Assembly: GCA_017475605.1 (NCBI GenBank)
Contig: JAFVFD010000004.1
Coordinates: 116,224-148,223 of the forward strand
Direction: 5' to 3'
Length of the DNA stretch: 32,000 bases
Origin: Alphaproteobacteria bacterium
Lineage (GTDB): Bacteria; Pseudomonadota; Alphaproteobacteria; Rs-D84
A model generated the notes under the pieces. That model did no database searches. It saw only the letters and a list, made by a program, of their open reading frames with translations, and was not told where the DNA came from. The position numbers and the translations under genes are program-made. Below, piece after piece: positions 23,750-32,000 of this stretch. Position 1 is the first letter of the stretch; each line of letters starts with the position of its first letter.

Positions 23750-24855
23750 CGCTTTTCCTGTATTCGTTTCGCCAACTTCTTCGCTGGCATTTCGACGCCG
23801 TAATACGTTATCAATGTCATAATTATAACGCACACAATCGTCAAAACCACATTACCAATTGGTTCAGAAATTACAATTTGTGGATACGGTCTCCATAACA
23901 CTTTTCGCAACAAGAAATAAACAAAAGAATGACACATATACAAAGAATACGTGTATCGTGCCAAAACATTAATACATGTTGGCTTGTTCAATTTCTGACT
24001 TAGCCACCCACGATTTGACAACATAATAACAAGCAATATCACAAAAAGCACCAACATAAAACCAACATTTCGCAACATTGTCGTGTTTAGGAAAAAGGCA
24101 TAAATCAAAGCCGATATACCAACAATTTCCGCAACAGAAAAAAATTTATCCTTGTTAATACTTGCCGTATTATTCGCTTTTCGTTTTATGTAATTTTGGT
24201 ACCATTGTGCAATCAAATAACCAATCCCAATTCCACCAATGGCACGCAATAACCCAACATTTATTATTCCATGCCAGGTTTGGGCAAACAGCAACTGTTT
24301 AAAGTTTATCGGCATTTGGAACAACATCGTATATGCCAACAACACCAAAACAAGCACTATGATATTTAATTTTTCTCTATCAATATGACGCATTAAAAAA
24401 TACAATCCAGCAGACACCCACAACAATGCAGAAACATACCAGAACGGCGTAACAACAGTATGATTGCCTGCAATCCCAGTTCCAGAAAGCCCAAAAAATG
24501 TAACCATATACCATAAGAGATTAAATTTATACAAGCCAAACAGATACGAAACAAAATAGCACCCCATAATAAACACAAGTACCGGCCAAAATCTAATAAC
24601 TCTTTTCTTTATAAACTGATATACACTACTTTTTGCATCAAATGTATAAACCAAAAGGAAGCCCGATAATATAAAAAACAAATCTGTTGCCCATCGTCCA
24701 TTTCGACTTGCGCTGGACAAAAATGAATACATGGGAATTTCTGCAAAATGTTGCAGGTTTCTTTTGCTGAACAAATGAAATGTTGCTATAGCAACAGTCG
24801 CTATTACCCTTAGTAAATCTAACTGAAATATCTTAGGTTTTTCATATTGTTGCAT
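23740..24855 (-). CDS. acyltransferase family 3 (OafA/YrhL-like) integral membrane protein
   Basis: 371 aa with about 10 TM segments. The N-terminal LDLLRVIATVAIATFH motif is typical of Acyl_transf_3. Confidence 0.7.
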   Translation of the reverse strand: MQQYEKPKIFQLDLLRVIATVAIATFHLFSKRNLQHFAEIPMYSFLSSASRNGRWATDLFFILSGFLLVYTFDAKSSVYQFIKKRVIRFWPVLVFIMGCYFVSYLFGLYKFNLLWYMVTFFGLSGTGIAGNHTVVTPFWYVSALLWVSAGLYFLMRHIDREKLNIIVLVLVLLAYTMLFQMPINFKQLLFAQTWHGIINVGLLRAIGGIGIGYLIAQWYQNYIKRKANNTASINKDKFFSVAEIVGISALIYAFFLNTTMLRNVGFMLVLFVILLVIMLSNRGWLSQKLNKPTCINVLARYTYSLYMCHSFVYFLLRKVLWRPYPQIVISEPIGNVVLTIVCVIIMTLITYYGVEMPAKKLAKRIQEKRYR

Positions 24856-24916
24856 ATTATCATTCCATCAACATTTGAAAATATACCTAATCCAACAAAT
24901 AATTGCAAACGCATTC

Positions 24917-24947
24917 AAAAAAAAACGTCCCATTTGGGACGGTTTTT
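24917..24947 (-). terminator. intrinsic terminator after ppdK
   Basis: Hairpin cgtccc-attt-gggacg, with a T9 run downstream on the minus strand. A T-run on the plus side gives it a bidirectional appearance. Confidence 0.8.
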
Positions 24948-24950
24948 GTT

Positions 24951-27611
24951 TTACTTGTTGCGTGGGTATTTAACCGCCGCTTGCGCTGCCGCCAGGCGTG
25001 CAATTGGCACGCGGAACGGGCTGCACGATACAGAATTGAATCCGCATTTATGGAAGAATTCAATCGATTCTGGATCGCCACCATGTTCACCGCATACCCC
25101 AAGGTGGATATTATCACCCTTGGTCGCGCGGGCCTTGGCAACTGCATCTTTAATCAACAGACCGACACCCAACTGGTCGACGGATGCGAACGGATCTGCG
25201 ACATAAACACCGCGGGCGCGATATTCATCCAAGATTTTGCCCGTATCATCACGCGACATACCTAATGTGGTCTGTGTCAAATCGTTTGTTCCGAATTCAA
25301 AGAATTCACAAGATTCCGCAATTTCGTTTGCCAACAACGCGGCGCGTGGCAATTCAATCATGGAACCGACAGAATATTCGATACGATCGCCGGTTTCCGC
25401 GAACAAACTTTCCGCTGTTGCATCGATAACGGCCTTGACGATATCGACTTCCTTCTTGGAACCAACCAATGGAACTTCGATTTCTGGTTTTACTGTAACA
25501 CCGTTGTTCTTGCATTCCAGTGCCGCGGACAAAATCGCGCGTGTCTGCATTTCGCAGATTTCTGGATATGTAATCGCAAGGCGGCAACCACGATGACCCA
25601 ACATTGGGTTTTGTTCCTTTAATGCTTCGCTGCGCTGTTTCACGAATTCAACACTCTTGCCGATGTGTGCAGCCAATGCCGCGATATCTTCTTCGGTGTG
25701 TGGCAAGAATTCATGAAGTGGTGGGTCAATCAAACGGATTGTAACTGGCAGACCATCCATAATCTTGAACAATTCAACAAAGTCCGCTTTCTGATATGGC
25801 AACAATTTTGCGAGTGCGCTACGGCGACCTTCGACATTGTCGGCCAAAATCATTTCACGCATATCCTGGATGCGGCTTGGGTCAAAGAACATATGTTCTG
25901 TACGTGCCAAACCGATACCTTCGGCACCAAAGTCGCGTGCTTGTTTTGCGTCTTTTGGTGTTTCTGCGTTTGCCTTGACTGTCAAAGTTTTGATTTCATC
26001 AACCCATTTCATCAATGTTCCAAAATTACCAGTCATTTCGACAGATACAGTTGGAACCTGACCTTCGATGATCTCACCCTTGGCACCGTCAATAGAAACC
26101 CAATCACCTTCGTGGATAACCGCGCCAGATGTTGTTTTCAATGTTTTCGATTCATAGTCAATTTTGATATCAGGTGAACCGGAAACACATGGTGTACCCA
26201 TACCACGTGCAACAACGGCGGCGTGTGATGTCATACCACCGCGTGCGGTAATAACACCCTGGGCCGCGTTCATACCAGCAATATCTTCTGGGGATGTTTC
26301 CACGCGGATAAGCATAACTTTCTTACCTTCGGATGCCCATTTTTCTGCATCTTCGGCATTAAAGACCGCCATACCAACTGCGGCACCCGGGGATGCCGGC
26401 AAACCTGTGGCAATAACTTTCTTTTCCGCCTTTGGATCCAACATTGGATGCAACAAATGATTCAATTGATCCGCACCAACGCGCAGAATCGCTTCTTCCT
26501 TGGTCAGCAGGCCTTCTTCGACCATTTCAACCGCCATACGAACGGCCGCGGCCGCTGTACGTTTACCATTGCGGCACTGTAACATCCACAGTTTACCATG
26601 TTCAATTGTGAATTCCATATCCTGCATATCTTTGTAATGGCGTTCCAATTTTTCACGAACATCGCACAGTTGTTTATAAACATCTGGCATTGTTTCTTCC
26701 AATGACAAACGGCCAGAATTATCTTTGCTCATCGGCTGTGGTGTACGAATACCGGCCACAACGTCTTCACCCTGGGCGTTAATCAGATATTCACCATAGT
26801 ATTTGTTTTCACCAGTGGCTGGGTCGCGGCTGAAACATACACCGGTTGCGGAATCATCACCGGAATTACCAAAGACCATAGCCTGAACATTAACTGCGGT
26901 ACCCCAATCGCCCGGAATATTATTCAATTTACGATATGTGATGGCCTTTTTGCTCATCCAAGAACCGAACACCGCACCGATACCCAACTTCAACTGTTCC
27001 CATGGATCCTGGGGGAATACCTTGCCGATTTTGACACCGATTTCTTTGAACTTTTCAACCAATTCTTTCAAATCGTCGGTTGTCAATTCTGTATCAACCT
27101 TGTATCCCTTGTCTTCCTTCATGCGTTCCAGTGTGTGTTCGAACAAATCAATATCTGCGCCCAACACAACGTCACTAAACATCATAATGAAACGACGGTA
27201 TGAATCATATGCGAAACGTTCATTGTTAGATGATTTTGCCAATGCTTTCACTGTTTCATCATTCAAACCCAAATTCAAAACAGTATCCATCATACCAGGC
27301 ATTGAGACACGTGCACCACTGCGCACAGACACCAACAATGGATTTTCCATATCAGCAAACTTTTTACCCATAATGCTTTCGATATGTGCGATACCGGCAT
27401 GCACCTGGTCCATCAAATCAGATGGATATGTTTGGTTGTTATCATAATAGTAAGTACAAACTTCAGTTGTAACTGTAAACCCGGCAGGTACCGGCAATCC
27501 AACCAAATTCATTTCCGCCAGGTTAGCACCCTTGCCCCCCAGCAGATTACGCATATCGGCGCGCCCTTCGGCCGCACCGTTACCAAATGTATAGACCCAT
27601 TTGTTACTCAT
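24951..27611 (-). CDS. ppdK: pyruvate, phosphate dikinase
   Basis: 886 aa. The N-terminus is MSNKWVYTFG...GGKGANLAEM, the phosphohistidine region is GGMTSHAAVVARG, and the C-terminal PEP-utilising block is GVCGE. An AAGGAGA Shine-Dalgarno sequence lies upstream. Confidence 0.95.
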   Translation of the reverse strand: MSNKWVYTFGNGAAEGRADMRNLLGGKGANLAEMNLVGLPVPAGFTVTTEVCTYYYDNNQTYPSDLMDQVHAGIAHIESIMGKKFADMENPLLVSVRSGARVSMPGMMDTVLNLGLNDETVKALAKSSNNERFAYDSYRRFIMMFSDVVLGADIDLFEHTLERMKEDKGYKVDTELTTDDLKELVEKFKEIGVKIGKVFPQDPWEQLKLGIGAVFGSWMSKKAITYRKLNNIPGDWGTAVNVQAMVFGNSGDDSATGVCFSRDPATGENKYYGEYLINAQGEDVVAGIRTPQPMSKDNSGRLSLEETMPDVYKQLCDVREKLERHYKDMQDMEFTIEHGKLWMLQCRNGKRTAAAAVRMAVEMVEEGLLTKEEAILRVGADQLNHLLHPMLDPKAEKKVIATGLPASPGAAVGMAVFNAEDAEKWASEGKKVMLIRVETSPEDIAGMNAAQGVITARGGMTSHAAVVARGMGTPCVSGSPDIKIDYESKTLKTTSGAVIHEGDWVSIDGAKGEIIEGQVPTVSVEMTGNFGTLMKWVDEIKTLTVKANAETPKDAKQARDFGAEGIGLARTEHMFFDPSRIQDMREMILADNVEGRRSALAKLLPYQKADFVELFKIMDGLPVTIRLIDPPLHEFLPHTEEDIAALAAHIGKSVEFVKQRSEALKEQNPMLGHRGCRLAITYPEICEMQTRAILSAALECKNNGVTVKPEIEVPLVGSKKEVDIVKAVIDATAESLFAETGDRIEYSVGSMIELPRAALLANEIAESCEFFEFGTNDLTQTTLGMSRDDTGKILDEYRARGVYVADPFASVDQLGVGLLIKDAVAKARATKGDNIHLGVCGEHGGDPESIEFFHKCGFNSVSCSPFRVPIARLAAAQAAVKYPRNK

Positions 27612-27697
27612 AAGTTCTCCTTTAAATCAAAGCGAAATGATTGTAAAAAAATACTGATTAAATGCAAGGCAAAAAGTACCGATTTTCATATTTTTTT

Positions 27698-27731
27698 ACA
27701 AAAAATGCGGTGGAACAAATATCCACCGCAT
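27698..27731 (-). terminator. intrinsic terminator after the 123-aa secreted protein gene
   Basis: Hairpin atgcggtgga-acaaata-tccaccgcat, followed on the minus strand by a T-rich run. Confidence 0.75.
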
Positions 27732-27753
27732 AAAAACTGTAAGTTGTTTATTT

Positions 27754-28125
27754 TTAGCAACCCTGTTCGCCACAAACGGCACGCATTGTTGTATATGTGC
27801 CGGCCGGTTCATAGTGAACAACTGGTTTATACTGTTGCACTGTTTCGCGAACAAAGTATTCACGATTAACAACACGTTCAAATGGTTCACCACATGGCGC
27901 ATCATCAACCATAATTGGTGCAGGTTCTGCAACCACAACTGGTTCAGCAACCGTATTTTCGCATGTAATTTTTGTGATAACAGCACGATTTTCCGCAACT
28001 GCGCGGTTTAATTCGGCACGCATAGCATTCATATCGCAATTTGTTGTATATGTTTCGTAATAATCGGCATTCGCACCCGCTGTTGCCAAAACACCCATAA
28101 TGGACAGAGCAAAAATCTTTTTCAT
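27754..28125 (-). CDS. small secreted protein (123 aa, 5 Cys), no family recognised
   Basis: Signal peptide MKKIFALSIMGVLATAGANA/DY. The gene is monocistronic, sitting between its own upstream region and a terminator. Confidence 0.65.
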   Translation of the reverse strand: MKKIFALSIMGVLATAGANADYYETYTTNCDMNAMRAELNRAVAENRAVITKITCENTVAEPVVVAEPAPIMVDDAPCGEPFERVVNREYFVRETVQQYKPVVHYEPAGTYTTMRAVCGEQGC

Positions 28126-28255
28126 TTTGTTTTACCTTTATATGTCTGCTCTCTCCGAATATACGAATCATAGAACATATTTTACCAAATGCAACAAAAA
28201 ACCGCGGAAAATATGCTTGTTGAAAATCTTAAAAAAGTGTAAAATATAGATTGCT

Positions 28256-28723
28256 ATGATAAATCGACAACGTGCCGCTATTGTTTTAGGAATGCATGAT
28301 GCAATCGTATCGCTAACCGGATTGATTGCGGGGTTGTATTTCGCATCCGTTGAAACCAATATCATTGTAATTTCGTGCGTTATTTCGTCCATTTCCGCAT
28401 CGCTTTCCATGGGTGCGGCAAACTATCTTGCCACGCGCACAACCGGCCGACGCGGTGCATTTGGTGCGGCGGTCCATACTTTTTTGGCCTATATGATTAC
28501 ATGCGTGTTGCTGATATTGCCGTTTTTTGTGATTACAAATCGCGCGACCGCGGTATGCGCGGTATTTGCCATGGCGGTTTTAATTATTTGGGGCTTTAAC
28601 GCGGTATTTTATCGCAACAACCACTTTTGGCGACATTTTAGTGAAATGCTGGGCATCTGTGCGATTGTATCTGTCGCTGCGTTTTTAATCGGCGAATCCG
28701 CCAACCGATTGTTTGGAATTTAA
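28256..28723 (+). CDS. VIT1/CCC1-family-like membrane protein (short form)
   Basis: IVLGMHDAIVSLTGLIAGL...SISASLSMGAANYLA resembles the conserved VIT-family blocks (G.NDGLVS and SMA.GEY). At 155 aa it is shorter than the roughly 230 aa I would expect. Confidence 0.5.
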   Translation: MINRQRAAIVLGMHDAIVSLTGLIAGLYFASVETNIIVISCVISSISASLSMGAANYLATRTTGRRGAFGAAVHTFLAYMITCVLLILPFFVITNRATAVCAVFAMAVLIIWGFNAVFYRNNHFWRHFSEMLGICAIVSVAAFLIGESANRLFGI

Positions 28724-28749
28724 AATAAAAAACCGCCCAGATGGGCGGT
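28724..28749 (-). terminator. intrinsic terminator between convergent genes (better T-run on the minus strand)
   Basis: Hairpin accgccc-agat-gggcggt, with TTTTTTAT downstream on the minus strand. Confidence 0.75.
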
Positions 28750-28773
28750 AATTTCAGAACTTGTAAACAAAAG

Positions 28774-29472
28774 TTATTTGCCACAGCTTTTTGTGTTTTT
28801 AATTGCCTGGGCCTGTAAAGCACGTTCATAAGCCAACTGTTTGGAAATATCTTTCAAATGCTTGATATTGATTTTCATTTTATATGCTGGATTTTCTTGC
28901 TTTATTTCGCGCCACGCATCAGGACCCCGAACAAACGCACTTGTGCCGTCCAAATACTTTTCAGATTTGTTTACAAAATTCATGGCTGTTGCACAAAGTG
29001 TTTTTGAATCAACATCATCCAATTGTTGAACCGGATATAATGGTATATATTCGTTGCCATAAGAATAATGGCAATGAATATTACCAACAACAAAAGGCGC
29101 ATCCCTTACTATCGCATTTGCATATTTTGTAGAATCTTGAACCAACCAATCAATAGATTTTTTGCCAGATTTAACGTCATGATATCTTGATATGGAATTG
29201 ATTTCTTGTTGTGATGGCATATTACGCAAAACATAGGTTTTCACATCATCAAACACATAATCGGTAAAGATGGTTGCCCTTGCAGCAATTTTAGGTTCGT
29301 TTTCCAACTGGGCGCGTTTTTGAGCACGCTGACCACGTTTTTGATCTACACTTCTAACAACAGCGGGGGCAGAAAGCAACCCCACGACAACAGTAATCAC
29401 CAGCCCAACCATCAATGGACTAGTCCATACACGTTCTTGTCTATTTGTGCTTGGATACTTTGATACATGCAT
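28774..29472 (-). CDS. hypothetical membrane-anchored protein (232 aa)
   Basis: Single N-terminal TM segment (SPLMVGLVITVVVGLLSAPAVV) followed by a basic stretch and a soluble domain. An AAAGGA Shine-Dalgarno sequence lies upstream. Confidence 0.6.
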   Translation of the reverse strand: MHVSKYPSTNRQERVWTSPLMVGLVITVVVGLLSAPAVVRSVDQKRGQRAQKRAQLENEPKIAARATIFTDYVFDDVKTYVLRNMPSQQEINSISRYHDVKSGKKSIDWLVQDSTKYANAIVRDAPFVVGNIHCHYSYGNEYIPLYPVQQLDDVDSKTLCATAMNFVNKSEKYLDGTSAFVRGPDAWREIKQENPAYKMKINIKHLKDISKQLAYERALQAQAIKNTKSCGK

Positions 29473-29550
29473 TTTTAATCCTTTGTATATGTATTACAAC
29501 GCACAAAATAACACAAAACAATGTTTTTGTCAACAAACATATTTCGTATT

Positions 29551-30099
29551 TTAAGAATCTTGTTTTGAAAAAATAAGTGAATCACATTTACCAACACACT
29601 TGGCCCACGATTCCATCGGCAACCGCCGTTCCAGCACATAGCCCGCACGCCGCGCGACATTTTCGCTGGACGTGTTTCCGGCATCAATATCTATAATAAT
29701 TTTATTAAACCCAAATTTAAACAATTCGGATTCCAGCGCACTCAACGATTCCGCCATATATCCGTTCCCAGTCGCAGATTCCACCAACCAATACCCTATT
29801 TCACATTCGCCAGGCGCGGTTACCGAAAACCGAATTCGCCCGATTATTTCACCCCCGCGATAAATGTAAAAACACATACCGGTATTATTTTCAATCTGTT
29901 CCGCGCGCCGCCCAAGGTAGTCCAACACATCATCGGCATTGTGTATATATTCAAAGTGTCCCTGCCATGCCTCAAGATAATCGCGGTTTTGTTCAATGAC
30001 ACCGAACAGGTGTTCCGCATTTTCACGCGTTGCCCCAATCACCCGCAACACCAATCGCGGTGTTTTTATTGTTTTGGGAAAATCTAACAATGGTGACAT
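29551..30099 (-). CDS. GNAT N-acetyltransferase, RimJ/RimL-like
   Basis: TPRLVLRVI..., EIGYWLVESATGNGYMAES and NTSSENVARRAGYVLERRL are typical of the Acetyltransf_3 / ribosomal-protein acetyltransferase subfamily. The track start at 30138 is a TTG. I trimmed to the ATG at 30099, one base after the upstream stop. Confidence 0.7.
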   Translation of the reverse strand: MSPLLDFPKTIKTPRLVLRVIGATRENAEHLFGVIEQNRDYLEAWQGHFEYIHNADDVLDYLGRRAEQIENNTGMCFYIYRGGEIIGRIRFSVTAPGECEIGYWLVESATGNGYMAESLSALESELFKFGFNKIIIDIDAGNTSSENVARRAGYVLERRLPMESWAKCVGKCDSLIFSKQDS

Positions 30100-30100
30100 T

Positions 30101-30361
30101 TTATAAAAACTCTTTTTTCTGTATGTCTTCTGGCACAAAGCGCAGCGCGATTTCCGCCTTACGTTCTATGCTGTCCAGATACGCCGTTGTTTGATTAAGG
30201 TTTTGCAATACCAAATCTAAACTCTTTTTCGCATCATTTGGCACATCAGAAATATTTTTTATTATATCCGTCGCAATCGCAACCGCATCGCGCGTTTCCG
30301 TAATGGTTTCCGCAATGCTTAATTGCGCACTTGTAAATGTTCCAGATTTTACATATTTCAT
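30101..30361 (-). CDS. hypothetical protein (86 aa), predicted helical
   Basis: ORF tightly packed between the HExxH gene (a 3-nt gap) and the GNAT gene. Confidence 0.5.
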   Translation of the reverse strand: MKYVKSGTFTSAQLSIAETITETRDAVAIATDIIKNISDVPNDAKKSLDLVLQNLNQTTAYLDSIERKAEIALRFVPEDIQKKEFL

Positions 30362-30364
30362 AAT

Positions 30365-31072
30365 TTATTTCTCCGCCTGCTGTTGTCTTTGCAGTTTGGT
30401 AAAATCCGCCATCATTTTGGCGACCGCGCCCGGCAAATCGTGCTCAATGGCATCGCGGGTTATATACGCATTTGCAAAAGAATTCTCGAATGATTTTTGA
30501 ACCGGACGATTAAAAAATTCCAGGCATATTATATCTACTATGCGTTCCTTAAGATCCTGGGGAACCTGGTATTTTTCAATTATTGGTTTTTCAATCAAGA
30601 TATGTACAAATTCATGTATAAACAACCCAGCCATTCCAAAATGATTACCACGAAACCCAGTACACCGAAATGTTATGCCGTATGGTGCCTCGTATCTGTA
30701 TGAACCACCACGCCCATAATCACAAACGATTTGTACAGTATCTGGTAATGTTGCATTCCAAGATTTTAACATCGGCTTTAATTTTTCCACACCGCGTTGC
30801 ATAAGGGGAATAACCTGATTCAAAATAACATCGTCAAATTTGTTAAGGTCGTTTTTATCGTATATTTCATTAACCAAAATATCATGATAGTATTTTTCTT
30901 GTTCTGTCGTTAAATGTTCTTTTTCGAACATTTCGCGTATGCGGGCATCATCCGGGATAAACCTGGTATAATTGTATCCAAAATGCTTTAATGTTTTATG
31001 ATATTGCCCATGAACATGTAAAATTCGATTCCATACATATTCAGGCGATGCGTGTTTTAATACAAAATTCAT
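30365..31072 (-). CDS. hypothetical protein with HExxH motif (putative zinc-dependent hydrolase)
   Basis: HEFVH is encoded at 30602-30616 (cat gaa ttt gta cat on the minus strand). The upstream part of the track ORF (31073-31141) covers a terminator hairpin and a TATAAT element, so I trimmed to the ATG at 31072, which follows AAAGGG. Confidence 0.6.
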   Translation of the reverse strand: MNFVLKHASPEYVWNRILHVHGQYHKTLKHFGYNYTRFIPDDARIREMFEKEHLTTEQEKYYHDILVNEIYDKNDLNKFDDVILNQVIPLMQRGVEKLKPMLKSWNATLPDTVQIVCDYGRGGSYRYEAPYGITFRCTGFRGNHFGMAGLFIHEFVHILIEKPIIEKYQVPQDLKERIVDIICLEFFNRPVQKSFENSFANAYITRDAIEHDLPGAVAKMMADFTKLQRQQQAEK

Positions 31073-31112
31073 ATAATTTACCCTTTCATGAATATTATAC
31101 CACAAAAACGGC

Positions 31113-31140
31113 AAAATAAAAGCCCCGCGGATGCGGGGCA
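31113..31140 (-). terminator. intrinsic terminator after the 93-aa gene
   Basis: Hairpin gccccgc-ggat-gcggggc, followed on the minus strand by TTTTATTTT. Confidence 0.75.
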
Positions 31141-31145
31141 AAATT

Positions 31146-31427
31146 TTAATGAATGTGTTGGTTAATCAAACTGTCGATATTAACCGTTTTATTTTTTAAT
31201 TGTTGCGCATGATAATCGTTCAAGATTTCTCGTGCGAATTCTTGCTTTTGTATTTTTTGTTTTTCTATTTTGGCTTTTTCTAAATCTTTAACAACAAACA
31301 TACCGACCGCGCACACCCCAAGTGCAAGGCACATTCCAACAAACCACCCATACCCGTCAAATCTAGCCTGTTGATCATCACCGTTCGATGTCTTTTTATT
31401 TGATGAAAAATCGTTTGTTGATTCCAT
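31146..31427 (-). CDS. hypothetical single-pass membrane protein (93 aa)
   Basis: Central TM segment (WFVGMCLALGVCAVGMFVV) followed by a Lys/Gln/Glu-rich helix. Confidence 0.5.
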   Translation of the reverse strand: MESTNDFSSNKKTSNGDDQQARFDGYGWFVGMCLALGVCAVGMFVVKDLEKAKIEKQKIQKQEFAREILNDYHAQQLKNKTVNIDSLINQHIH

Positions 31428-31485
31428 TTTTAAACTATTTGATAACTTTATATATCAAAAATATAACATATAGTCATAAATTGTC

Positions 31486-31513
31486 AAACAAAAAACCCGC
31501 CGAATTGGCGGGT
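31486..31513 (-). terminator. intrinsic terminator of the rRNA operon
   Basis: Hairpin acccgcc-gaatt-ggcgggt, followed on the minus strand by TTTTTTGTTTG, about 35 nt downstream of the 5S rRNA. Confidence 0.8.
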
Positions 31514-31547
31514 GAATCTCGGTTTTTAACATCATAACTGGATTTAT

Positions 31548-31662
31548 TCTGGCGACGACCTACTCTTCCGTGGCTTAAGCCAAAGTACCATCGGCGATAC
31601 GGAGTTTCCCTGTCTGGTTCGGGATGGAACAGAGGGTGACTTCCGCTCTATAATCACCAGAA
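31548..31662 (-). rRNA. rrf: 5S ribosomal RNA
   Basis: The reverse complement reads ...CTGGTGATTATAGAGCGGAAGTCACCCTCTGTTCCATCCCGAACCAGACAGGGAAACTCCGTATCGCCGATGGTACTTTGGCTTAAGCCACGGAAGAGTAGGTCGTCGCCAG.... It contains the universal CCGAAC, GCCGATGGTACT and AGAGTAGG blocks and a closing helix I. Confidence 0.93.
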
Positions 31663-31779
31663 TAAATCCAGCGCCTGCCCACCAAAGCGGTGCGCGAAGG
31701 CGGGAACATCATAATATTCTTTTTCCAAGAATCTGTCAACGTTCTCTTCAAGCATTTCGTTTGATAAGGTCAAACGAAG

Positions 31780-32000
<221 letters not shown>

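Noticed and set aside
29551-30361. The small upstream ORF plus GNAT gene, considered as a TacA/TacT-type toxin-antitoxin pair.
   Set aside because: The GNAT has the RimJ/RimL (Acetyltransf_3) hallmarks rather than TacT-like features. The 86-aa protein shows no ribbon-helix-helix/DUF1778-like N-terminus. The pair also sits inside a three-gene operon with an HExxH protein.

Overview
This window looks like a chromosomal segment from a moderately AT-rich bacterium. It is probably alphaproteobacterial and host-associated. The supporting evidence is the 3' end of a 23S-5S rRNA operon on the minus strand with alphaproteobacterium-like 23S/5S sequence, a cysteine-free L31, an MliC-type lysozyme inhibitor and pyruvate phosphate dikinase. 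Recognisable housekeeping genes are ftsW (partial), mraY, a class A PBP, rpmE, uvrD, dnaQ, rplU-rpmA and ppdK. They are interleaved with two lineage-specific gene sets that I cannot assign to a described system. (1) 6109-12698: five paralogous 400-479 aa polytopic membrane proteins. One is divergent and four are translationally coupled. Their architecture resembles TrbL/VirB6, but no other type IV secretion gene is in the window. (2) 15584-22711: three Sec-signal proteins of 457, 945 and 695 aa share an Arg/Thr-rich degenerate-repeat N-terminal module. The two larger ones also share a cysteine scaffold. The largest carries two exact EGF-like signature matches and an in-frame G10 tract whose +1 or -1 slippage gives an immediate stop. 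An 11-mer, TGTGATATAAT (extended -10-like), sits upstream of several of these envelope or secreted genes, and it forms a perfect 12-bp palindrome between the divergent membrane-protein genes. Several genes appear to be leaderless or nearly so. Most transcription units end in clear intrinsic terminators. I saw no transposase, integrase, CRISPR array or tRNA. All family assignments rest on motif recognition by eye, because no searches could be run.
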